Assembly (NCBI GenBank): GCA_965246885.1
Contig: OZ251992.1
Location: 1,120,001-1,184,000 of the forward strand
Source: Abditibacterium sp.
GTDB lineage: Bacteria > Armatimonadota > Abditibacteriia > Abditibacteriales > Abditibacteriaceae
Direction: 5' to 3'
Length of the DNA stretch: 64,000 nt
Of the stretch, positions 1 through 7,907 are shown one piece after another (positions within the stretch are counted from its first letter, which is position 1; every line of letters begins with the position of its first letter). A program made the translations under genes and the position numbers. Under the pieces are notes generated by a model. It had not been told where the DNA came from. It ran no database searches and saw only the letters and a list, made by a program, of their open reading frames with translations.

Positions 1-137
1 AAGAGAACGCCCTCTTGACGCCCGCCCAGCAGCAAGAGCGCGACGCGCGCCGCGCCCAAAAGAAGGCCGACCGCAAAGCCAAGCGCGACGCTAAAAAGGC
101 TGCCAAAGCCGCGACTCCCGCCAAAGCTGGCGCGTGA
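1..137 (+). CDS. 3' end of a gene truncated by the window edge; LTxxQ-motif (Spy/CpxP-like) Lys/Ala-rich tail
   Basis: Frame 3 reads ENALLTPAQQQERDARRAQKKADRKAKRDAKKAAKAATPAKAGA, stop TGA at 135-137, followed by a terminator hairpin. Confidence 0.55.
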   Translation, partial: ENALLTPAQQQERDARRAQKKADRKAKRDAKKAAKAATPAKAGA

Positions 138-148
138 CGAATTGAACT

Positions 149-188
149 AACGACGCCCGCCGCTTCAAGGGAAGCGGCGGGCGTCGTT
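149..188. terminator. Probable bidirectional intrinsic terminator between convergent genes
   Basis: Perfect 18-bp inverted repeat AACGACGCCCGCCGCTTC-AAGG-GAAGCGGCGGGCGTCGTT. Confidence 0.75.
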
Positions 189-200
189 GTATGGGAGAGG

Positions 201-794
201 TTACGCGGCGGAGTGCGCCAACTCTTTGGCTTTTTCAACCGAACCGTCCAAATTGGACTCGTTCGAGAGCGTCTTTTCGTCGTTGAGGACTTCCACGTCG
301 GTGATGCCGATTAAGCCGAAGATGGTGCGCAGGTAGGGGTCTTGGAAGTTGTTCTGGGAGCCGTAGCCGCCGCCGCCGCGCGCTTGAAGCAGGAACATCT
401 TTTTGCCCGTGACGAGGCCCTGATAATCGGGGAAGGTAAAGGTGCGACCGGGGCGGACGATTTGGTCAATGTAAGCCTTCAAGGTCGAGGGAATCGAGAA
501 GTTATACATCGGCACGCCTACGACGATGATGTCGGCGGCGATCAGTTCGGCGATCAGTTCTTCCGATTCGCGCAGGGCGGCAGTGTGGTCGGGGCCGTGC
601 GTCGAAGGGTCGGAGTAGGTCGCGGCGATCCACGTCTCGTCCACGTGTGCGGGCGGGTTGTGGCCGAGGTCGCGGTAAACGACCGTCGCGCCGGGGTGCT
701 GTTGCTGTAACTCTTGGACAAAAGCGCGCGTCAGTTGGCGCGAGTGCGAACGTTCGCCACGCGGCGAAGAATCGAGATGCAAGATGGTGGGCAT
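201..794 (-). CDS. azoR: FMN-dependent NADH-azoreductase
   Basis: ILHLDSSPRGERSHSRQL, PMYNFSIPSTLKAYIDQIVRPGRTF and ARGGG motifs of the flavodoxin-2/AzoR family. Confidence 0.9.
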   Translation of the reverse strand: MPTILHLDSSPRGERSHSRQLTRAFVQELQQQHPGATVVYRDLGHNPPAHVDETWIAATYSDPSTHGPDHTAALRESEELIAELIAADIIVVGVPMYNFSIPSTLKAYIDQIVRPGRTFTFPDYQGLVTGKKMFLLQARGGGGYGSQNNFQDPYLRTIFGLIGITDVEVLNDEKTLSNESNLDGSVEKAKELAHSAA

Positions 795-875
795 AGTGGT
801 GGTTGGCTGAAGCCGCGCGTGAATGTGCGCGAATCGGGCCGGAGTGCGACGTCTTGGAAATTCTCAGATGGGAAG

Positions 876-2126
876 CTACAACGCGTGGATGAGACCAACG
901 ACAAGGCCGAGGGCGAAACCCATCAACACGCCGATAAAAATGTTTTGGGCCATGCTCGTCCGGCGAGTGCGCGGTCTGGTTGGAGCTTTCGTTTCGAGGA
1001 ACATAATCCACAACAGGAAAGCAGCGACTATGGCGGCGCCCGTCGCAATGGCTTTGGCCAACTCTTGATTCTCACCCTGAACCTTCGCGCCAAAGCCCGC
1101 CAAGCACAGCAGCGATTCGCTCAAGAAGCCCAGCATCCACATCGGCATCACATGCGCGTCGAATACTGAACCGTCGTCTATTGTCCGCTTCTGCCCGACC
1201 AACTCCCCCAACCGCGCGTCGTCCACATCCGCCAGCACGCGCGCGGCTTCGTCGGGCACGTCGCGGCCCCACGTGAGGCGTTCGCGGACGGTCGCGGGGC
1301 GGGGGAGGAGGCCGAGGAGGATGTGTTCGGTTCCGATGAACTTCGCGCCGCGCGCCTGCGCTTCGGTTTTGGCGCGGTCGAGGGCGCGCTTGGCGGCGGG
1401 GGCGAAGCGTTTGTTTGGCGTGGCGAGTTCGCCGTCCGAACGCACGGCGGCGCGGGTCGCGGCCTTCAACTCGTCGGGCAAAACGCCGAGTTCTTCGAGC
1501 AATTCGCGGGCGCGGGTGTCAGATTCAAGCAATCCCAGCAGCAAATGCGCCGTCCCGATGCGTCCGCAATACGTCGCGCGCATGGCGGCATAGGCGGCCT
1601 CAACCGCTTTCTGCGCGCCGTCGGTGAGGCGGGAAAGCGGGTGGTTGGGGTGCCGCGCTTGGTCGTCGTCGGGGTCGCCGCCTTGAACCCACTGGAAACG
1701 CAGCGCGTCTTCGTCCCAACCGAGCGGGGCCAATATCGTCAGAAGCGCCGTGTCGTCTTGCGGCGCCAAGCACGCGAACAGAATGTGTTCGGGTTCCACG
1801 TAGGGCACGCCCATCCTTTGCGCGTTCTCCGCGCTCAATTTAACGACGTGCGCGCCGCCCGGTGACAGCTTTAGCCCGTCGCCCTCGGCGCTTGGCTCGG
1901 ATTCGGCGCGCGGCTCAAGGGCGGCGCGGGCGTAGAGTTTGGCTTCTTCGATGCTCCACCCCAACCGTTCGAGAGCCGCGCGCATGGGTTCTCCGGGCCG
2001 GTCGAAAAACTCCAGCGCGGCGATGAACAAGGCGGGCACGCCGATAGTGGCGCAGTTCTCCTCGACGCTGATTTGCTGCGCGCGCAAAATTAGGCGCCGC
2101 GCGGGAAGGGAAAAGTGCTGCCACAT
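876..2126 (-). CDS. Clp protease N-terminal (Clp-N) repeat protein with C-terminal transmembrane helices, no AAA+ domain
   Basis: MWQHFSLPARRLILRAQ, VEPEHILFA, IGTAHLLLGLL and IGTEHILLGLL Clp-N repeats; about 3 hydrophobic segments at the C-terminus; no Walker A. Confidence 0.8.
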   Translation of the reverse strand: MWQHFSLPARRLILRAQQISVEENCATIGVPALFIAALEFFDRPGEPMRAALERLGWSIEEAKLYARAALEPRAESEPSAEGDGLKLSPGGAHVVKLSAENAQRMGVPYVEPEHILFACLAPQDDTALLTILAPLGWDEDALRFQWVQGGDPDDDQARHPNHPLSRLTDGAQKAVEAAYAAMRATYCGRIGTAHLLLGLLESDTRARELLEELGVLPDELKAATRAAVRSDGELATPNKRFAPAAKRALDRAKTEAQARGAKFIGTEHILLGLLPRPATVRERLTWGRDVPDEAARVLADVDDARLGELVGQKRTIDDGSVFDAHVMPMWMLGFLSESLLCLAGFGAKVQGENQELAKAIATGAAIVAAFLLWIMFLETKAPTRPRTRRTSMAQNIFIGVLMGFALGLVVGLIHAL

Positions 2127-2156
2127 GCAGGGGATTTTAGCGGTTCGGGAGACACG

Positions 2157-3305
2157 TTAGCCGCCCGCCGCTTTCCCTGCCAAGCGCGCCCTGAGGAGCA
2201 GCACGACCGCTGCTTCTTCGGGGCGGAGTTCGCGGAGTTCTTCCTCTAATTCGGCTTCGATTGCCTCGTGGAGGGAGCCGTCGAGGTAGCTCTCGAAGAT
2301 GGCGGGGTGGATATAGGCTTTGCGGCAGACGGCGGGGGTGTTGCCAAGGCGCCCGGCGACTTGTTTGACGCACTCGGCGATGTTTTTCTCCCCCGCTTTG
2401 GGGTCGTCACTCGCGCCGCACTCACGCAGGGCGACGCTGGCGGCGACGGTGCCTGCCCATGTGCGGAAGTCCTTGGCGGAAAACTCGCCGCCCGCGATTT
2501 CCTTGATGTAAGCGTTCACGTCGCTGCTTTTGATGTGGTGGAGCGTGCCCGCGTCGTCTTTGAACTGGAACAGCGACTGGCCGGGGAGGTCTTGCAGGTG
2601 GCGAATGACGCCCGCCAGTTTGCGGTCGCGCAGGTCTATGTCGTGCCACTTGTGGGACTTGCCCCGAAAGTGGAAGTGCGCGCGGGCGCCCGCGACTTCG
2701 ACGTGGCCATTCTGCATCGTCGTCAGGCCGACGGAATCGTTCTGGCGCGCGTATTCCTCGTTGCCGATGCGGATGGCGGTCTTTTCGAGCAGTTGGACAA
2801 GCGTCGCCAGCACCTTTTCGCGCCCAAAACCGGACTGAGCGAGGTGCTTCTCGGTCGCGGCGCGAATCTTCGGCAGGGCGGCGGCAAAAGCGATGGTGCG
2901 GGCGAATTTGGTCTCGTCGCGCGCTTCGCGCCAACGCGGGTGGTAGCGGTATTGCTTGCGCCCGCGCTCGTCCAAGCCGGTCGCTTGGATGTGGCCGTTC
3001 GGGTCGGGGCAAATCCAAACGCGCTTGTAAGCGGGCGGAACCGCGAGGGCGTTGATGCGCCCTACCTCGGCGGCGTCGGTGATTGGGCGCCCGTTCAGGT
3101 CGAAGTAGTCGAAACGTTTGCCGCGCTTTTTGCGGGTGAAGCCCGGTTCGTCGTCGGACACGTAGTGGAGGCCCGCGAGTTCGGCGCTTTCGTGCGGGTC
3201 GCGCTTGATTTCCAACTCGTCGAGGGGCGCGAGGGCGGCTGGTGCGGAGGTCATGGCGCCGAGGAAAGGCAAGAGTGGGGCCGGGAGCGTGCGCGCGACT
3301 TCCAT
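2157..3305 (-). CDS. Bacterial (poxvirus-like) DNA topoisomerase IB; start may be the ATG at 3254
   Basis: GHIQATGLDERGRKQYRYHP, IRIGNEEY, FRGKS, KDFRTW and LGNTPAVCRKAYIHP with catalytic Tyr. Confidence 0.92.
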   Translation of the reverse strand: MEVARTLPAPLLPFLGAMTSAPAALAPLDELEIKRDPHESAELAGLHYVSDDEPGFTRKKRGKRFDYFDLNGRPITDAAEVGRINALAVPPAYKRVWICPDPNGHIQATGLDERGRKQYRYHPRWREARDETKFARTIAFAAALPKIRAATEKHLAQSGFGREKVLATLVQLLEKTAIRIGNEEYARQNDSVGLTTMQNGHVEVAGARAHFHFRGKSHKWHDIDLRDRKLAGVIRHLQDLPGQSLFQFKDDAGTLHHIKSSDVNAYIKEIAGGEFSAKDFRTWAGTVAASVALRECGASDDPKAGEKNIAECVKQVAGRLGNTPAVCRKAYIHPAIFESYLDGSLHEAIEAELEEELRELRPEEAAVVLLLRARLAGKAAGG

Positions 3306-3308
3306 CGG

Positions 3309-3532
3309 CTCTTGATGGAAGTCAAGCTGCTCTCTCTGGAGTTCAAGCTGCTCTTGATGGAAGCCAAGCTGCTCTCTCTGGAGTTCAAGCTGCTCTCTCT
3401 GGAACTCCAGAAACTCTCTCTGGAAGCCAAGCTACTCTCTCTGGAACTCCAGAAACTCTCTCTGGAGTTCAAGCTACTCTCTCTGGAAGCCAAGCTACGA
3501 CCGCTTGAGTTCCAGAAAGAGTAGCTTGAACC
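3309..3532. repeat. Intergenic 21-bp tandem array (~10 units) with a terminal inverted copy
   Basis: Units CTCTCTCTGGAGTTCAAGCTG / CTCTCTCTGGAACTCCAGAAA / CTCTCTCTGGAAGCCAAGCTA; 3513-3532 is a 19/20 reverse complement of 3467-3486. Confidence 0.92.
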
Positions 3533-3542
3533 CATTTTCGGG

Positions 3543-5525
3543 CTATCCGGCCAGCAGCCGCGCGGCTTGGCGCTCGGCGTCGCGGGCTTGGCGACAGTTT
3601 TGGGCGAGCGTGTCGAGCGCGGCGGGGTTCTGGTCGAGACGCGCGGCGTCAACGGACAGGGCGGTTTGGCTCGCGGCTTCGAGGGCTTGGGCGCTTTGCT
3701 CGAAAGCGTCGGCGGCTTCGTCCAAGCGCAAGTTGCGGTTGCTGAGGGCGGCGACGCGGCACCAACTGGCGGCTTGGCGGCGCTTGGCAATCCAGTCGCG
3801 GGCGGGCGCGTTCCAAAAAGGCCAGAGGGTTTGGGCGCGCGCCAGTTGCAAGCGCGGGGCAGGCAGGGCGGGCGCCGGGGTAGGCGAAGGAGTTGCCGGG
3901 GTAGGCGAACTGTCGGGCGAGGCCGCGTTGTCGTCCGTCCGGGCAAGCGGTTCAAAGGTCGGGGGCGGTGCTTCGGTCGGCTGGGCAGGCGGGAGCAGTG
4001 CCGGGGCGCGCGCTTCGGTCGCCGCCTCAGACAAGGTTTGCGCCCAGAAATCGAGGGCGCGGGCGCTTAGAAGCTGCGTGTCGCTTCCGCTTTGGAGCAG
4101 CAAATTCGCGGCGCGCTTGGCGGTGCGCGCGATGGGGACGGCTTCTTTGAGCGGCGCGAGTTGCCAGATGAAGGTCGGCGGGCCGTCGGCTATGGGCGGC
4201 GGCGTTTGTCCCGGCTTGGCGGTCGGCGCGGGCGTCGGGGTCAGCGAGGGGTTGGCGAGCGCCTTGCCTTCGGGCACGAGCGCGACGAGCGTATACGCTT
4301 TGCCCCAAGGCGACGCGGTGTTCCACGACTTCGCCCACGTCTTGGCGGCAAGGGTGTCGAACTGGGCGCCCCGGTTCTGGAGCATGACTTCGCCGCGCTC
4401 CGAGTCGTAGCCAACGGCCAAGCTCCACATCGGTTTGCCGTCGTTTTGCCAGCACACGAGCGGCAAGCGGGCGGCGTCGAGGTCGTCCTGCAAGTCGCGC
4501 AGCGCCTCGTCTTCGCGCCCGCCGCTTTTGATGGACACGCGATAGCCCGCCGCGCTCGCCACATTTTGCCATGCGTCGGCGCCCGCGTCCACGACTTCGC
4601 CCGGTTTGTCGAGGTCGAGGCCCGCGTAAAACGGCGCGAGCGAGTAGCCTTCGAGCAGCGCCCCGTCGCCCGACAGCCCGCGCGCCGCGAGCGCCAAGCG
4701 GAGCGCGTTCCACAGCGCCCCCTCGTCACTCCCCCCCGCCGCTTGTTGGTCGGGGAGTGGCGCGATGTCGAGCCAAACGCGGCGCGTCGGCAAGCGCCCC
4801 TGCGAGTCGGCGTAAGCGAGCAGGCCCAACCGTTGGCGCGCTTCCGAGGCCCACTCCGACGCCGGGAAAACCGAAATCACGCGGTTATAAGCGCGGCTCG
4901 CCCAGTCGCGCTTGTGGAAGACCGTCTCGTAGCACATGCCCAGAAAATACTGGGCCTCGGACGCAACTCCGGCGCTGTGCGCCCAATGGCGCAAAACGTC
5001 TTGCAGCCATAGCTGGGCGTTTTTGCCGTCGCCATCATCAATGGCGAGCCGCGCCAATTTCACGAGCGCATCGGCACCAATCTCCGAACTCCGCCCGTTG
5101 CTTTGCAGAATCTGCCGATAAATCCGCCGCGCCAAGGGGCGGTCGTCGAGTTCCTCCGCCGCAACCGCTCCCGCGTTTTGCAAGCAGATGAGCGCGGACG
5201 AGTCGCGCGGGTAAGTTTGCGCCATGCGCAAATAGGCTTCGACGCCGTGCCGTAGCGCGCCGTCGTCGTTGGTTTGCCGCCCTTGCGCGACCAGCAACTC
5301 CGCTTCGCGCATCAGGGCGCGCGGCGCGTAACTCGATTCGGGGTGCCGCGAGGCGATGAGGTCATACGCTTCGACCGCGCGCGCCGTTTGCCCCGACGCT
5401 TCAAGGCGCTGCGCTTTGAAGAACACGTTGCCAACGGGGTCGGGCGTGAGTATTAAACGGAGGAAAATCGCCAAGGAAAGGACGATGGCGAGCGACCCGA
5501 AAACGCGCGCAAGGGAACGAGGCAT
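3543..5525 (-). CDS. Membrane-anchored TPR protein with a C39/papain-like (probably inactive) domain
   Basis: N-terminal TM; BamD/CpoB-like TPR motifs (HPESSYAPRAL, EAQYFLGMCY, FPASEWASEA); LDAARLPLVCW...WSLAVGYD segment. Confidence 0.65.
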   Translation of the reverse strand: MPRSLARVFGSLAIVLSLAIFLRLILTPDPVGNVFFKAQRLEASGQTARAVEAYDLIASRHPESSYAPRALMREAELLVAQGRQTNDDGALRHGVEAYLRMAQTYPRDSSALICLQNAGAVAAEELDDRPLARRIYRQILQSNGRSSEIGADALVKLARLAIDDGDGKNAQLWLQDVLRHWAHSAGVASEAQYFLGMCYETVFHKRDWASRAYNRVISVFPASEWASEARQRLGLLAYADSQGRLPTRRVWLDIAPLPDQQAAGGSDEGALWNALRLALAARGLSGDGALLEGYSLAPFYAGLDLDKPGEVVDAGADAWQNVASAAGYRVSIKSGGREDEALRDLQDDLDAARLPLVCWQNDGKPMWSLAVGYDSERGEVMLQNRGAQFDTLAAKTWAKSWNTASPWGKAYTLVALVPEGKALANPSLTPTPAPTAKPGQTPPPIADGPPTFIWQLAPLKEAVPIARTAKRAANLLLQSGSDTQLLSARALDFWAQTLSEAATEARAPALLPPAQPTEAPPPTFEPLARTDDNAASPDSSPTPATPSPTPAPALPAPRLQLARAQTLWPFWNAPARDWIAKRRQAASWCRVAALSNRNLRLDEAADAFEQSAQALEAASQTALSVDAARLDQNPAALDTLAQNCRQARDAERQAARLLAG

Positions 5526-5548
5526 GGGGGGAAGTTTGGGGGAAAACG

Positions 5549-5578
5549 AAAAAAGCGGCCCCGTCGCCGAGGCCGCTT
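5549..5578 (-). terminator. Intrinsic terminator after ndh
   Basis: Minus strand AAGCGGCCTCG-loop-CGGGGCCGCTT followed by a T-run. Confidence 0.7.
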
Positions 5579-5598
5579 GCGTATTCCTTCGTCCTCGC

Positions 5599-6993
5599 TT
5601 ACGCCGAGGCTTCCATCTTCTCCGTCTTCACGTCGCGGGTGCCGGTGAGGACGCGGGCGCCCCGGTCTTTGTTGACCGAGTTCCACAGCCAGTTGAAAAT
5701 CGAAACCCACCGGTTGCGCCAGCCTTCGAGGAACATGACGTGAACGAGCAACCACATCACCCACGCGGGCGCTTTGGTGAGGCTGTTCTGGCCGAGCTTA
5801 ATCGGGATGGGAAGCGTCAAACCGGGCAGGGCCATCTTGTCGGCGGACACAATCGCGGCGCCGCGCCCGACGATTGCCATCGAGCCTTTGTCGAAGTAAG
5901 AGAACTTCGTCAGCCCGCCGCCCGAAGCGCCGGACGCGAGGACGATAATGTTCTCCGCCGCCTTTTTGCCCATCTGAATGGCGACTTGGGCCACCATCGG
6001 ATAGGCCATCGTGCGGTCGCCCCACTTGAAGCCTTCGAGATACGCCATGTCGCCGATGATGAACACTTCGGGATGCTCTTCCAGTTGCAAGTATTCGTTG
6101 ACCGGCACGCGCATGCCGCGCTGGAGCTTTACGTCTATCTTGTCGGCGAGCAGGGCGCCGCGCACGCCCGCCGCCCAGATGACGGTTTCGGCGGGGAGCT
6201 TTTCGCCGTCTTTGAAATTGATGGCGCCGTCGCTGACGGAATCCACCGGCTTGGAAACGAGAATCTGCACGCCCTTCTTTTCGAGGGTGCTCTTGACCGA
6301 GCGCTGCAAGTCGTTGGGCGGCGCGTCGGGCGCGGCGCCGGGAGTGGAAAAGGGCAGAAGTATCTTGGGCGTGGCCTCGATCATCACGACTTTGGCCTCG
6401 TTCATGTCGAGGTTGGGGAAGTCCTTGCGGAAGTCGTGCTTGAACAGTTCGGCATAAGCGCCCGCCAACTCGACGCCCGTCGGCCCTCCGCCGACAATGG
6501 CGACGGTCATGAGCGCCTTGCGCTTTTGCGGGTCGGCTTCGTGATTGGCCTTCTCAAAGGCGGCGAGGACTTGGTTGCGGATCTGCTCGGCCTCGTCCAC
6601 GTCTTTCATCGAGAAGGTCTTTTCGGCGAGCGCGTCGTTGCCAAAGTAGAACTGCGCGCTGCCCGCCGCCATCACGAGGTAATCGTAATCAATCGGGTCG
6701 GCGTTCTCGACGAGCACCTTTTTGTTCGCGTAATCTACGCCGGTCACGGTGCCCAGTTGGAAGTCCACGTTCTTATAAGGGCGAATCAGGCCGCGAATGG
6801 GGTAGGCGATCGAAGCCGAGTCAAGGCCGCCGGTAGCGACCTGATACAAGAGCGGCCAAAAGCCGTGATAGTTGTTGCGGTCAACCAGCAGGACATCCAC
6901 CTGTTTGTTGCCGAGCGTGCGCATGACGCTGAGTCCGCCGAAGCCGGAGCCGACGATGACCACCTTGGGCCGTTTGGAACGAGATTGAGCCAT
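5599..6993 (-). CDS. ndh: Type II NADH:quinone oxidoreductase
   Basis: VVIVGSGFGG, PLLYQVATG, IVGGGPTGVELAG, WAAGV, IGD and AQVAIQMG motifs. Confidence 0.92.
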   Translation of the reverse strand: MAQSRSKRPKVVIVGSGFGGLSVMRTLGNKQVDVLLVDRNNYHGFWPLLYQVATGGLDSASIAYPIRGLIRPYKNVDFQLGTVTGVDYANKKVLVENADPIDYDYLVMAAGSAQFYFGNDALAEKTFSMKDVDEAEQIRNQVLAAFEKANHEADPQKRKALMTVAIVGGGPTGVELAGAYAELFKHDFRKDFPNLDMNEAKVVMIEATPKILLPFSTPGAAPDAPPNDLQRSVKSTLEKKGVQILVSKPVDSVSDGAINFKDGEKLPAETVIWAAGVRGALLADKIDVKLQRGMRVPVNEYLQLEEHPEVFIIGDMAYLEGFKWGDRTMAYPMVAQVAIQMGKKAAENIIVLASGASGGGLTKFSYFDKGSMAIVGRGAAIVSADKMALPGLTLPIPIKLGQNSLTKAPAWVMWLLVHVMFLEGWRNRWVSIFNWLWNSVNKDRGARVLTGTRDVKTEKMEASA

Positions 6994-7038
6994 AGAGAAT
7001 GTGCTATTCCTTAGAAAGAGTACGGCAATTACCGCGTC

Positions 7039-7056
7039 TTGTGAATTTTATCACAA
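7039..7056. promoter_or_regulatory. Rex (NADH/NAD+ sensor) operator-like palindrome upstream of ndh
   Basis: TTGTGAATTTTATCACAA, one mismatch from the Rex consensus TTGTGAA-W4-TTCACAA, 45 bp upstream of the ndh start. Confidence 0.75.
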
Positions 7057-7094
7057 GCCCCACCGCGCGCGTCTTGCCACGTCACACTGCGGGA

Positions 7095-7892
7095 GTGCAA
7101 TTTTCTCCGGCGGCGCTTTGGGAGCAGGCGTTCGCTTACAACCCCCTCGCCGATACGCTGCGCGGCAATGTGGACTTGATGCGCGTGCGCCGCGCGAGCG
7201 TGTCGAGCGTGGATGCGCGCGGCGAGTGGGAGATCGCGCTTCTGCACGGGTGGCACTCGTTGTATGCGCCGATGCGCCACCTCGAAGCGGAACTGCGCGG
7301 GCGGGTGCCGACAGCGCGTCTGTGGCGCGTGTCCTATGATTCGCACTGGAAGCCGTTCCCGCAGTCGGCGCGCGAGGTGTCGGCGCGCTTGCGCGCGGCG
7401 GGGGCATTGCCAGAGCGGACGGTGCTGGTCGGCTACTCTATGGGCGGCGTCGTGGCGCGTTCGATGGTGGCGCAGGGCTTCGACGCGAGGGCGGTTGTCT
7501 GCTTGTGTTCGCCGCATCTTGGCCCCGCGCTGCACATTCCCTTTGGCGATGTCGGCAGTTTCTCGCTTCAGCCCCCGGCGGGTTACATTCCGCAACTCAA
7601 CGCCGACCCGCGCGACCGCGCGCGGCGCGGGAACTACTTCTTCCAGTCAGTCACCTTCCGCGACGCCTTGGGCGAGTATCGACACGACCGCATCGTGTCG
7701 CAGCGCAGCGCGCGCGGGCAGGGCTTGGGCGTATCCAATCACGCCAATACGCATCTGACCTTCCAAGGCATCGCGCCCGGCCCGCTCCCGCATTTGGGCG
7801 GGATGAACCCGCACCACGTGCCGCACGCCTTGGCGTTTATTGAGGAGCGTTTAGGGGAGCGCAGGCCGTCCGTACCCGTCCCCTCTTTGTAA
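7095..7892 (+). CDS. Alpha/beta hydrolase (lipase/PGAP1-like); start uncertain
   Basis: LLHGW oxyanion motif, GYSMGG nucleophile elbow, SPHLG, HDRIV; GTG at 7095 preceded by CACACT. Confidence 0.75.
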   Translation: MQFSPAALWEQAFAYNPLADTLRGNVDLMRVRRASVSSVDARGEWEIALLHGWHSLYAPMRHLEAELRGRVPTARLWRVSYDSHWKPFPQSAREVSARLRAAGALPERTVLVGYSMGGVVARSMVAQGFDARAVVCLCSPHLGPALHIPFGDVGSFSLQPPAGYIPQLNADPRDRARRGNYFFQSVTFRDALGEYRHDRIVSQRSARGQGLGVSNHANTHLTFQGIAPGPLPHLGGMNPHHVPHALAFIEERLGERRPSVPVPSL

Positions 7893-7906
7893 AAGAGGGG
7901 ACGGGT
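7874..7906. terminator. Hairpin/terminator between convergent genes (REP-like)
   Basis: ACCCGTCCCCTCTTT-GTA-AAAGAGGGGACGGGT, 15-bp perfect arms. Confidence 0.7.
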
Positions 7907-7907
7907 T

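Noticed and set aside
2268..3314. Long plus-strand ORF 2268-3524
   Set aside because: Antisense to TopIB; only the repeat-encoded tail from ATG 3315 is considered
3309..3532. CRISPR array or plasmid iterons
   Set aside because: Contiguous tandem units without unique spacers; no rep or cas gene nearby
5356..7014. 552-aa plus-strand ORF
   Set aside because: Antisense shadow of ndh, typical of high-GC codon bias
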